Of a stretch of DNA of 64,000 nt, positions 26,838 to 39,283 are shown piece by piece. The stretch lies in NCBI GenBank assembly GCA_045837725.1, contig JBEWZL010000115.1:62001-126000 (forward strand), written 5' to 3'. This DNA comes from Vermamoeba vermiformis (Eukaryota). The translations under genes were made by a program, and so were the position numbers. Position 1 is the first letter of the stretch. The number at the start of each line of letters is the position of its first letter. The notes beneath the pieces were generated by a model. That model searched no databases, was not told where the DNA came from, and saw only the letters and a list, made by a program, of their open reading frames with translations.

Positions 26838-29627
26838 ATGGACGAGGACTACGACACTTTATTAAAGAAATACGCCAATAAATCAGAAAGGTAAAAAGAT
26901 AATATCGAAAATACTGCATTTATCAATTAACGACATTATTTGTGAAAAACAATAATTCAAATATTGAAATAATATTAATTAATTTTTCTCATTTATCAAT
27001 AATATTGCAGAAGCTACTGTACATGTATTAATAATGATAAATATACACAGACCCAAAGATGAAGAAGAAGGCGCACTAGACGAACACGAAGACCAAGCAC
27101 GTGACAGACGCCGCAAGGAGGGTGACAAGCGACGCGCAGACAAGTCACGTGACAAGCGCGATCGATCACGTGATAGACGACGCAGCCGCGACCGATCACG
27201 CGAACGAAGACGCAGCAGTCGCGAACGAGATCGATCACGTGACAGAAAGCGCAGCCGAGAACGATCACGTGACCGCAATGATCGCCACACGAGCCGAGAC
27301 CGATCACGTGATCGCATGGAGATTGATGCAGCACCTGTGCCGAGTGAGAGTGCGCCCGCTGAGGACGCGAACAAGTGGGGTGGACTGCGCGAACGCAGTG
27401 TGGACGAGTGGGATGCGCTGCGTGCTGAACTCGGTCTGCCGCCCCTCGAGAAGCCAGCAGTGCAGCACCGAGCAGCGAGCCAGCAGCAGCCGCGAGTGAG
27501 GCGAGTGCGCAAGAGATGAGTCTCGCTGACAAGCTCGAAGTGATGAAACACGCGCGCTTGATGAAGCAGAAAGAGAAGAAGTTGAAGACCCTCGGTGACG
27601 CAGACTCGGACGAGGAGCACGAGGGCACTTCCGTGGACTGGATCCAGCGCAGTCGTGCCATCGAACAGGAGAAGAAGCGCGCCCTGATGCGACAGCGCAT
27701 GTTGGAGGAGGAAGAAGAACAGGCCCGCGCCCTGCGACCAGTCAGCGTGCAGGGACTCAAAGTAGGACACGAGCTCACACAACTCGATCACGATCTGCGC
27801 GAGGGTGAAGAGCGCGTGCTGACACTGAAAGACAACTACATCCTCGACGAGAATGGCCAGGAAGACGAACTGCTCGACACCACGCTGCTCGAGAAAGAGA
27901 AGTGGGCCAAGATCCACAACGCCAAGAAGAAGAAGTCGCGCTACGAGTCGTTGGATGATCCGCAGTCCTCCGTGCTGAGCAAGTACGACGAGGAGAAGAA
28001 GACAGAGGGCTTTGTGCTCACTGGCGAGGGACAGGTCGCTGCTCCCAGCACCGCACGGCCCTCTGAAGACGAAGTGCGCGACAAGCTGCAACGCGCCGCA
28101 CAGTCCCTGGACAGCCCTGCACCGAGCACTGGCAGCGACTACTGGACCAACGAAGAGATTGCCGAGTTCAAGAAGAACAGCGGCGCCAAGAAGAAGAAGC
28201 GCAAGTTGCGCAAGAAGAGTGCGCTGAGCGAACTGTTCGCACAAGAGGCCGCGCACCCTCAGCAAGGTGCCGATGAAGACCTCGCTAGTCGCACTGAACG
28301 GCAGCAGCGCCAAGAGGAGCAGAATGCGCAGGACCGCGACACACGGCTGCAGCGGTGGAAGAACTACGACAAGGCGCTGGAGAAAGCGCAGGGTGATGCG
28401 CAAATGTTGTTCGATCAGCCCAAGCACAGCGAACCGCGCGAGAGTGAAGTGAGCTATCACGAGGACGAAGAGGACTTGTTCCGCGAACTGGCCCGTGCAC
28501 GCAAACTAGCTGCGCGCGAGAAGAAGAAGAAGCGCCCTGAAGAGGTGGTGAGTGAGCTGCTGACCACAGTGAAGCGCGAAGATGAGGCCACGGCGCCGAG
28601 CAACGACGATGAGCTGGTGTTCACGGAGAGCACGGAGTTTGTGCGCAGCTTGCCGACGGAACAAGATGAGCGGCAGGAGGAACAAGAGCGTAAGATGAAG
28701 CGTGAGCGACGCACCGTGCACGTGAAGAAAGAGCCCGTGCCACAACACGATGAAGACACACTGATGCGCGAGATTGAGGCCGATCAGCCCGTGATTCGTC
28801 CTCCTGCCCCACGTCGCGTGGAGAGCGAAGAGGTGCCAGTGAAAGAAGAGAAGCCTGAAGTGAGTGCCGCAGACACTGAGAGCGCTGTGCAGAAAGAACA
28901 CGCAGCACTGAGCGAGGCCATGGGTGACACAGGTGCCGAGGTGCGCGGTGTGGGTGGCATGCTGGCCATGCTGCGCTCCATGGGCGAGAGCAGTGCGAGC
29001 ACCAACACCAAAGAGAGTCACAAGAAAGACAAAGACGAGCGGCGTCACAACAAGCTCGACGCTGAACTCGCACTCGGTCGTGCCACGGACAAGCGCGTGC
29101 TGGAAGTGCCCCTGAACGATGAGCGCGAGGTAGAGGCCCTGCAGCGCCGCCACAGACACGAGCTTGGCATGCTGAAGAAGCCGCTGAATCTGAACAGCAT
29201 CACACTGGAGCACCACGATCAAGAGACTGGACGACTGCTCACACCTAAAGAGGCGTTCCGGCGCATGAGTTATGTGTTCCACGGCAAGGGACCGGGCAAG
29301 AACAAAGCGGAGAAGCGCAAGAAGCAAGACGAGAAGCGCTTGAAGCAACTGACGCAGCACAGCATGGGCACAGAGACGATCAGCATGGCAGAGATGACCA
29401 AGATACAGCAAGAGAACAAGACGCCCTACATTGTACTCGGTGCCTCGGCCAAGATATTTCAAGCGCGCGACACCAAGCCCCTCAGCACACCGAGCACGAG
29501 CACCGCCAGCAACACCAACACCAACACCAGTGCGGGGCAGGCACGCGAGGAGAGCGAGTACGGCATATCACTGCCGAGTCACAGACCCAAGATTGAACTC
29601 AGCTTCAAAACACCTGCCAAGAAGTAG
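26838..29627 (+). CDS. SART1: U4/U6.U5 tri-snRNP protein SART1/Snu66; apparent 1-nt frameshift near 27455
   Basis: RS/RD-rich N-terminus, HIND-like SVDEWDALRAELGLPPL, GLKVGH, VLTLKD, LSKYDEE, GRLLTPKEAFRRMSYVFHGKGPGKNK. Confidence 0.92.
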
Positions 29628-29997
29628 AGCACTGACGTGTACAGCCATGCTCGGTGCTGCTTGTGAATAATAAACGCATTTGTACATACTTGTTGGGGTC
29701 CCTGATTTGACACGCGTGATTGTGACACCTGTCACTCGTATTTTCACGCATTTTTTATTCATTCTTGTTGCACCACACCACACCACAACAACAAGACATA
29801 TATATGTGTTAGCATAGCACAATAATAGACATTTAACACGAATCAAATTGACAGTGGATCCAACACTAACTTTATTTACGGCAGTGAGTGTCCAATATTT
29901 AATTATTATCGCGCACTAAACAATACATTACTTATTATTATGCTTAGAGAGAAAGAAACTGCCTTTTGGAGTCAAATTCAATTTAGCGTAGATCAGC

Positions 29998-31621
29998 ATG
30001 AGCACTAACAATACAACCCCAAATACCAACAATAATAATGCTCCAATATTACCCAAACGCTCACAGAGTCGCGTAGTGCTTGGCAGTGGTCGATCTCCTT
30101 CCAATTCATTTTCAAACGGATTTGTGCGCGCAGCTCCAGCAGGAAAAAAGACGAGTATAATCTTAACCGGGCATATGCGCACCGCTTTAGTAATGAAAGA
30201 AGAAGCCACTGCAGAAGAACTTGAAAAGCCAACTCTGGTGCCAAATCTGTCACTGGCCGGCACTTCAGAGAATGTACGCCAAGCAGTCTATTTGAAGCTC
30301 TCAACCAATCGTCGCATGAGTGACGTGCTGCACGACCGTCTCTCGACCAAGTCACGTGAACTGCCTAATTTGGAAACCAAACAAATCTCGCGCTCTTTTG
30401 AAGATGTGCCGATGCCAGTACACTCGTCGAGCTCACCGCGCAGGTCACGTGATCAGAACCAGCGCAGTGGAGTGGAGTCACTGCCCCTGCCCAGCACTGC
30501 CCCTGCTGACTCCTCGCGCGAGAGTGAAGTGCAGACCAGTCACGTGCTCGCCGAGTCCCCCGAAACAAGTCACGTGCTGATGAGTGAAGAAGAATTCTTG
30601 GAATACATTCGCGAACGACAATTAGAGTACGGAGATTTGGAGCTGGAAGTCGATCACGTGATTATTGATGAAAGTGACTCGGAGCAGGAGAATGACACGG
30701 AGGACTTGTTGACACCCATCGCTGAACTGCAAGTGACACCTGAGTTGACGTCTTTGGACACCTCTGTGACACCTGTCACTGCCCCTCTTCCACCACAGCC
30801 TGACACTGCCGTCACTCACATTAACAACACGCCCGAGGCACCTCAACTCAAGCTGAAATCCACTCCTGTTCATGAACCAACACCGGTGTCACCCGTTCAT
30901 GAACCGAGTCCAGCAGCCCAACACGTGTCACCCGTCACCACGCCCACACCGGTCACAACATCCAGCATGAAACTGTTGCCCTGGTCACTCAACTCTGTGC
31001 GCAGCCAGCTCGATGTGCTCACGGACATTGACGAGCAGCAGAAAGGGGTCCTGTGGCACCTCTTCTCGCACGTGCACGCCCTCGTCACGCAATTCGAGCA
31101 AGCGAGCGAAGAGTGGCGCGTGCAATCAGTGAACGACACGCTCAATGCCCCAATTGGGGTGCAAGTGCGCGCACAACTCTGCACCGTGCTGGCGAGTGTG
31201 TTCGGCAACAACTTCAACTCGTGGCGGCTGTTCGGTCAATATCACCTCTGGGACTACATCCTCGCGGCAACGTCCTCACGCGACATGGTGCTCGGCGTGG
31301 AGGGGACTGCACTGGTACACGCGGTCAATCAGCTCAAGGCCGTGTCAGATCCAAACGTCAAGTTCCGTCAGCTGATGTGTGCGGGCCTCAAGTAAGACTG
31401 GTTTGGAATAGCGATCTGCAAATAGCTAACCTGTTTGTTGTAGCGCTAAGCAACTAGATCAGTGGCTCGGTATCTTGTTCAGTAACAAAGAGCAAACACA
31501 ACGCTTCTATTACGATGCTGCGCTGCTCCGTCGTCACCCCAAGCTGATTTGCCTCGCCCTTCAACCGCTAGCGAAACTGCCTTTTGTACTCGATCCAGAC
31601 TTCGATTCGCGGTACCAGTAG
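29998..31621 (+). CDS. RUN-domain protein with long disordered N-terminus
   Basis: C-terminal LC.VLASVFGN..YHLWDYI..KFRQLMCAGLN..QLDQWL..RFYYDAALL..LQPLAKLPFVL. Confidence 0.8.
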
Positions 31622-31760
31622 CTATCTATTTGGGCACTTCAATAAATGTAATATAGCACCTTCCTTATTAACCAAGCCTTGAGAGGTTTATTATGTTTCG
31701 CAAAAATGGAGGATCTCGTATTATTATTGGGTATTTATTTATAGGATTATAATAATAGAC

Positions 31761-32501
31761 TTAAGATCTGGGCTTCTCCTTCTTGCCTCTGAACAAAGCG
31801 TAGAGACCAACACCGGCGACCTTGACGACCTTGAAACGAACGCCCGGAATATCTCCCTTGGATTTACCCTTACGACCGAAACCGGCAATCAAAACTTCGT
31901 CCTACAATTAAAAAAATATTTAGTATTTATGGTATGAAGATTACTACTTTGTCTAGCAAACATAATTAATTATTGACCGTTTGAAAATAATTGATTAATA
32001 ATAATTCAGTAACTCGAGATCTAACTTACGTTTTCGTCAATGTAGTTGAGGGTACCGTCATTAGGAACGAAAGCAGCAAGCTTTTTGCCGTTCTTGATCA
32101 ATTGTACACGGACTGCCTTACGGATGGCAGAGTTAGGTTGTTTGGATTCAATACCCCTTTTGAAATAAATATTCGTAAGAAACGCTGAATAATCCACTAA
32201 TATTGCGCATAATTCACATACAATTTTTCCAAAACAATGCCCTTGGCGTGAGAAGCACCTCCGAAGGGGTTGGCCTTGTATGAAGCAGCCAAGTGAGCAT
32301 GCTTGTATTGCTTGTCAGCCCAACGGTTATCACGTCTTCTGATGTGAAGCTTACGGGCGGCACCCAAACCTCTTGGCTTACTAAATTACAACAATAATTA
32401 ATTATTTGATCGAGACTCTAATAAATGCGCAATCGCCACGCAGAACAGAATTAATACAATATAATGAGATTATACGATAATAAAAGTTATACTTACGCCA
32501 T
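31761..32501 (-). CDS. RPS23: 40S ribosomal protein S23 (uS12), 4 exons
   Basis: [66 protein letters not shown]. Confidence 0.98.
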
Positions 32502-32738
32502 GACTTGTGTTTAAACGAAGAAGAACGAGGAGGAAAAAAAGGACAAAAACTCTGGAACGAAAAGGATGAAGATTAAGTCAGCCAACGAGAAAAAATCGTG
32601 ACTTAACAGCCGACCAATAGGAGAATAGTATGGTGGAACTCGCTTGGATTGCCACTTGCAGGCAGTGATAGTTGATTTTAGCGTATAGAAAAATCATTTG
32701 GATTGATATACACAATTTATTACCGAGTTAGCTTTGCC

Positions 32739-34201
32739 CTAAGCAAGATTCGGGATGAGTTGGATGACACCAAACTCTCCGGACCACAGCCAAGAAGGAT
32801 CTTTGGCCAGACGCTCCAACTGCTCTATAGTTAGCCCACTAGCGGTTTCGGACTTCAACGTTCGAATTAGCAGCAAGTTGGCCTGGATGTAGCTTGTGAT
32901 CTCTGCTGTGTCGGCGGTGAATGACCACCGCAGGTCTCCGTGTAAGCGGCGAGTATTCATATCTCCCTTGATCACTACAAGCGCTGCTGTCTCCAATTCT
33001 TGCTTTATGTCACTAGGCATATCGGACCAGAAGGCAGAGTAGTGGTTCCAATAGTAGTTCTCTGTCACTGTCCAAGGTACATTTCCTGATTTGGATGATA
33101 AGTATCCGCGCCATCGATTGGCTAGCGATTTGATTTTATCGTTCTGTTGCTCCATCCAGTGCAGTGTATGTTCAAAGTCGTCTCTAATGACATCGCTGAC
33201 AAAGGTCGGATGATATTTGCAGTGAATGGTCACGTGATCAATCAGCTTGAAGTGCGACAAGACGTCTATCAGGGCCAGGTCTGCAAATAATTCTAGTCCT
33301 GAGTTGTCAAGCACGTACGAGAGATGTCGAGGTGATGTGTGTCGTTGAGTGAGCAGCTGATAGCTCTGCGTGGTGTGATCGATTAACAACTTGTCTTGCC
33401 CGTGATCGAGCTCAATCATCATGTCCTGCTGACTGATGCCGTGAGGATTCTTGCTGAGATCCGACTTGTTGCCCCACAGTGTCATGGCGACAACGTGCTT
33501 GAAGTCATCGAATTTTAGCTCGGACTTGCCAAATAAGGCAAACAAAGTCTCGGTGTACGTCTCAATCGTGTGTTTGGCCTCGTTCAAGCTCTTCAACTTT
33601 TGATAAGCGAAGGGGTCTCCATTGATCTCATCCGCGCCCATGTTAGGGAATGCAGCGTGTTGATCACGTGGCATATTGAAGTACCCCGTATTGTCGAGCA
33701 GACGGCGATAAAAATAGACTTCAATCAAATACCACGGCGCTGTCAGCCACGTGTTGGCGCCTTGAGGCAAGTGCGAGACATGCGCACACCAATCCTGCAC
33801 GTGAGGACCAGTGCGCAGTGTTGGGGTGAGCACGTGGTCAGATGTTATCTCCGCTGCGAGATCACGATTCAATTGAAGCCAGCGTGGGGTACCAGCATTG
33901 GGTGCTTTTTGGATCGCTCCGAATTTTCGAAGCGAAGTCGATTATTTGCCAATAGCCTATATTATTCTTATATTCAAGTATTAATGACTTTACAATAGAC
34001 CTTGCTCAAGCTGTTGGTGCAGATCTCGCTCGAGCTGCTTCAATACGGCAGGCAATCGTTCAATTATGCTCTGTATATTACAAATTATTTGATATTGTAA
34101 TTATTATTATTGTTATTATTATGACTGATAACTACCTGTCGCGCCCAGCCAGGTTCAGCACCGGTGACTGGCGGAGGTCGGAGCTGGTTATTAGTGCTCA
34201 T
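32739..34201 (-). CDS. ARMT1: DUF89/ARMT1 damage-control phosphatase
   Basis: WLTAPWYLIEVYFYRRL, DPFAYQK, LWGNKSDLS, LDNSGLELFADL, PTFVSDV, IKGDMNTRRL, RTLKSE. Confidence 0.92.
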
Positions 34202-34317
34202 AATAATATTTGTCTAATGTATTGGTAATATTGCTGGCTGTATAATAAATAGCGGTGTGTTGTCACGTCACTTAAGTGTTGTTGCACTCAAATTGATTAT
34301 TAGACTAGCAGCCCGCA

Positions 34318-34648
34318 ATGAGTGACAAACACACGACACAGCTGCGCATCATTGCGACAGTGGAGGACATGTTGCCAGGTACGTACTGCGTGTAGGGCCA
34401 CGGCTGCGTGGGTGCTGATCGCTGTAACTAGATGCCAAGCAAGTGCTATCGATTGACGATGACCAGCGTCGTACAGCTGTCGCTCGCCTGCGACTAGGTG
34501 TGTAGTAACTTAGCACATCCATATAGTATTATTTGTCTAAAGCTACTGTTGGTAATACCCCTCGCTGACAACCATTGCAGCCATGGAGAGCTTAGAACAG
34601 CAAGTGCGCGACATTCAACGCTTCAATAACAATACTGCGCGACAATGA
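34318..34648 (+). CDS. 64-aa helical microprotein, 3 exons, function unknown
   Basis: Exons 34318-34378, 34432-34497 and 34581-34648 splice in frame: MSDKHTTQLRIIATVEDMLPDAKQVLSIDDDQRRTAVARLRLAMESLEQQVRDIQRFNNNTARQ. Confidence 0.6.
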
Positions 34649-34902
34649 GTGCCAATAGCGAGTGACAATGGTGGATCGGATCCGCATCACATAAAATTGT
34701 CCTAAAGTCGGCACATAAGCAGTGCATTTGTACAGTTCTTAAAATGTAAAGTGGTACTTGTAGGTCTGTGCGCGAGGGTAAATAAAATTTTGCTTGATCT
34801 CATTTTTGTTATTTTATCGCGTATTGACGCCAGAGCTGCTAGTGGCCCTACTATTACTCGCACCTTACTTACATAACATAACAGCTCTATTTACCTAGCA
34901 CC

Positions 34903-36975
34903 ATGGCCGACGAAAGGTTAACCAGAATTGCGATTGTTAACCAAGACAAATGCAAGCCCAAGAAGTGTCGTCATGAATGCAAACGCAATTGCCCTGTCGT
35001 GCGCATGGGTAAATTATTTATTAATGGACTATACGCTTTACTTAACTAAATAATTTATTAATATTTTTGTGATAATTGATAATTGCCCAGATTAAGCCTT
35101 GCTAACCAGACAGAATGATTTTACGCAATAATTAAGTACTTAAAAATAATTTAACAGGCAAATTGTGCATTGAAGTCACTCAAGACGCCAAGTCGGCTCT
35201 GATCAGTGAGCCGTTGTGCATCGGTTGTGGTATCTGCGTCAAGAAATGTCCTTTTGAGGCGATTGCGATTATTAACTTGCCTAAGAACTTGAATAAGGAT
35301 ACCACGCACAGGTACGGATTCATAACTCATTTATTCTCTGGATCGCAGATCTCCAATTTTTTTCTCATTATCCGCTTTGCTGGCAGTACTAACAGTGCTC
35401 TCTAGATACGGACCCAATCAGTTCAAATTACATCGTCTGCCCACCCCTCGACCCAATGAAGTGCTTGGCTTGGTCGGTTCTAACGGTACTGGCAAGTCCA
35501 CGGCGCTCAAGATCTTGTCCGGCAAATTGAAGCCGAACTTGGGCCGCTTTGATGACCCGCAGCCTGATTGGAAAGAGATCTTGGCCTACTTCCGCGGCTC
35601 TGAGCTGCAGAACTACTTCACAAAGATCATCGAAGAGAAGTTGAAGGCGATCATCAAGCCACAATACGTCGACAATATTCCGCGCATTGCCCCGAAGAAG
35701 ACGGTGAAAGAGATCTTGGAGTCGAAGAACGAGCGCAACAACGCCGCGCACATGATTGAAGAGCTCGAACTCACCTCCGTGCTCGATCGACTCGTCGGGG
35801 ACCTCTCTGGTGGTGAGCTGCAACGCTTTGCCATTGCGCTCGCGTGCGTGCAAGAGGCTGACGTGTACATGTTCGATGAGCCCTCGTCCTATCTCGACAT
35901 TAAGCAGCGTCTCAATGCAGCGCGCACGGTGCGTGGCATTCTCGAGTACCACTCGGCCACACTCGCGCGTCAGAACTACGTGATTGTGGTGGAACACGAT
36001 CTCTCCGTGCTCGACTACCTCTCCGACCTCATCTGCTGTCTCTACGGTCAGCCTGGTGCCTATGGTGTGGTCACCCTGCCCTTCGGTGTGCGCGAGGGCA
36101 TCAATATCTTCTTGGCTGGATTTATTCCCACGGAAAATCTCCGATTCCGAGATGACGAGCTCACCTTCAAAGTCGCGGACACTTTGGACCGCGAGTCTGC
36201 GCGTCACCGTCAATTCAAGTACCCCGACATGAAGAAAACTCTCGGCGACTTCTCGCTGGCCGTGAAGCAAGGTTCGTTCACTGAATCTGAAATCATTGTC
36301 ATGCTCGGTCAGAACGGCACGGGCAAGACCACCATGATTCGTCTGCTCGCTGGTGCACTCAAGCCCGACGAGCAAGTCGATGTGCCCGAGCTCAACGTCT
36401 CCTACAAGCCGCAAAAGATTGCCCCCAAGTTCCCCGGCACTGTGCGTCAACTGCTGTTCCAGAAGCTCAAGGACAGCTGGATGCACCCTCAATTCACCAG
36501 CGATGTCGTCAGACCCATGCAGATCGAGCCCCTCTTGGATCAGGAGGTCAAAGTGCTCTCTGGCGGTGAATTGCAACGTCTCGCTTTGGTGCTGTGTCTC
36601 GGTCAAGCAGCAGACATCTACCTCATCGACGAGCCCTCGGCCTACCTCGACTCCGAGCAGCGTATCATTGCCTCCAAGGTGATCAAGCGCTTCATCTTGC
36701 ACGCGAAGAAGACTGCATTCATTGTCGAGCACGATTTTATCATGGCCACCTACCTCGCTGATCGTGTCATTGTGTTCGACGGCACGCCTTCAGTGAGCAG
36801 CACTGCACAGACCCCTCAGTCCTTGTTGACGGGCATGAACAGCTTCTTGAAGTCCTTGGAGATCACTTTCAGACGCGATCCTACCAACTATCGCCCTCGT
36901 ATCAACAAGTTCAAGTCCGTTATGGACCGTGAACAGAAAGAGGCTGGCAACTACTTCTACTTGGATGAAAACTAA
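34903..36975 (+). CDS. ABCE1: ABCE1/Rli1 ribosome recycling ATPase
   Basis: Fe-S motifs CKPKKC..CP and [12 protein letters not shown]; two Walker A ([16 protein letters not shown]); LSGGELQR x2; [15 protein letters not shown]. Confidence 0.98.
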
Positions 36976-37079
36976 GCTTTTGTTTTTTTTGTAGTGACTG
37001 ACGTCACAATTATTGTATTGCGAACTTAAATTTAATTTGAAACTCTTTCGATGGTTTTTGAACACCCGGCATTCAGCAT

Positions 37080-39200
37080 GGCAAATAGATTGTTTGTCCA
37101 AGTACACCTGATGCAAGTAATTGAAACTCTCTGGGTTGAAAAGAGTGGTCGAAGTGCTTTAATAGTCTCATATTCAAACGTTGCCGGGGGGGGGGAAGGG
37201 GCCTACTTGGCCCATGAAGTGGCTAATCAATACTGTAATCCAGGTTAATGTTGGGATGTAGTTCTGAAGAGAATTAGTGGCTAGGTATGCGGTTGACGGC
37301 GCTTGTTGAAAAGTAGTGTACTGCAAAACTTTCTCCTCCAATCTAGGTTCAAAGCCTCTTGCTTTGGCATTGCCCCTATTGCTGCAGCAGAGCAGCTCAG
37401 AAAGACACAGATCCCATTTTGTACCCTGGCAAAAAGAGCTGAAGTTAGTAATTAACGAAATCAATTCTGTTTGCTGCTGTAGGTAGAGCCTAGTTAGGAT
37501 ACTGCTAGGTAGGAGCTTTCCATCCACCTCAGCTTCCAGCCACCTAGTGATCACCCTGTCCAGATCGGACGCCTGTCCACAGGACCCCGCGGATGGACGC
37601 CATGGACACTCTGTCTATGGACGGACATTCTGTCTAATTTGGGCAGGACGACCTCCTATTGAAAAGACAGTTTCACGAAGGCATTTACTAGGATGGAAAT
37701 CTGCAATTCCACAAAAATGCTCGTTGTCACATTGCATTCTTTGAATTCTTTCTCACTCCTCGAAGTTCATAAAATTGTCTTGTGACAGGGCTGCTGGATG
37801 CTCAAGGTCCCACCAGCCCAACTAGGATTTAGTAGTTAGCCACAATGATGCAGGCAGCGGACGTCCCGTCCGGCAAAAATTGGACACCACCACAGACCAC
37901 GTGTCGGCCAACCATACATCATATAGTATGAAGATTTTAACAAGATTTCTTATGCCATGTATATGATTAAGCATATCCCTTCTTATAAAAAGGTTTGCCA
38001 CCATACTGGACAAAGTTACAACACAAAAAAGTTAGATGATTCAAAAAAAATTTCATAGCTAGGCGACAATGCATTGTAGCCAAAGATCAGGGTGGCATAA
38101 AATACGTATGGTTGTGTTGTGCCAAACATGTGCTGGTGGGTGGGTTCATACTTAATGCTGAAAATTTACAATTGCTGCCACTACAATATCTTTGATGATT
38201 ACTTATATTTTCTTGTTAGATAGTGAGGTCTAGGAGTTTCTACTAAAGTTTCAATGGTATTGCAGCCAATAGAACAAAGTTCTAGTACTTAAGTTCTTTG
38301 CAGAACATTGCCATTTTCAGCCTCTGGCGTTTAGCCCAAAGCCTCCTGACGCCAATAGTGGCTTCTTGGGTCCACTGATGCTAATGGCCGAGTTAGGTAT
38401 AAGTTGGTCAATTACTAACACACCGGACGCAGCGACCCCGGACGGACGCAATGTCCACTGACAGACGAAAAATTTTTGGCGGACGGGACACCACTTTGGC
38501 ATCAATTTTTAACTACACTGCTTGGGCCGGCGGACGACCTCCAATATATTGTCCCTAGCTATGCAAAATCTTCATTGTAAGTTTGTCAGATGGTGGCACA
38601 CCTTTTTTAAACAAAGGGATATCAATCATAACAGTCATAATTAAAATCTCATGTATGTCAGGAGGTCCAATTTTTGCCGACGGCCAAGGATTCTTGGAAC
38701 CCTTTATTCTGCTATGGCCCGAGGACCTAGGCAGAAACTTTTTTTTGAACAGACCCTGCAATGTCGTGTTACCCTTGTAATCAAACGTGCAAAGTGTGGT
38801 AAAGAGACAGTTCTACAGGCCTTTGAGGGACTTTACAATTCTTACAAATCTTTATGCACATCAACACTAAAGTTGCTGGACACCAGAATTAGATGCTGAT
38901 TATTTGAGGAGAAAAGGGGAGGCAGAGGCTCTCTTCTGACCCAGGAGGTCATCGCCCAATGATGTTGTTGAGTTCTGAAAGCAGGAGTAACCAGAATGAT
39001 GGTCACCTTAGCATTAGTTCTATCCCAATTTTGCATGCCAGAAGTTATTAAAAATATGCCATAAAATCTAAACTTGAACATCAAAAGTATGCAGCACCGA
39101 AGGCAGTCTCCAACAGCAAGGTTTCTTAGTTGTACGTTTTGCATCTCTCAAGTCAAACGACATCCTTAACTCTAGTTATGCAACGGTCTGTGACAGATCA
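37080..39200. mobile_element. Compositionally distinct island, possible degenerate transposon or foreign insertion
   Basis: No host-style gene; broken ORFs; CpG-poor except clustered GGACG/CGTCC motifs; inverted repeat 37863-37881 vs 38471-38489; boundaries approximate. Confidence 0.35.
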
Positions 39201-39283
39201 ACGGAGTTTGAAAATAAATTTTGAGCACGTGCTTTGCAGCAGTCACTGAGAATTCCGCACAGTTATTGACAGGTACAGTTCAA

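Noticed and set aside
26979-29462. Long antisense ORFs (493, 318 aa); similar ones opposite ABCE1 and PakC
   Set aside because: Shadow frames of GC-rich sense genes with no domain-like features
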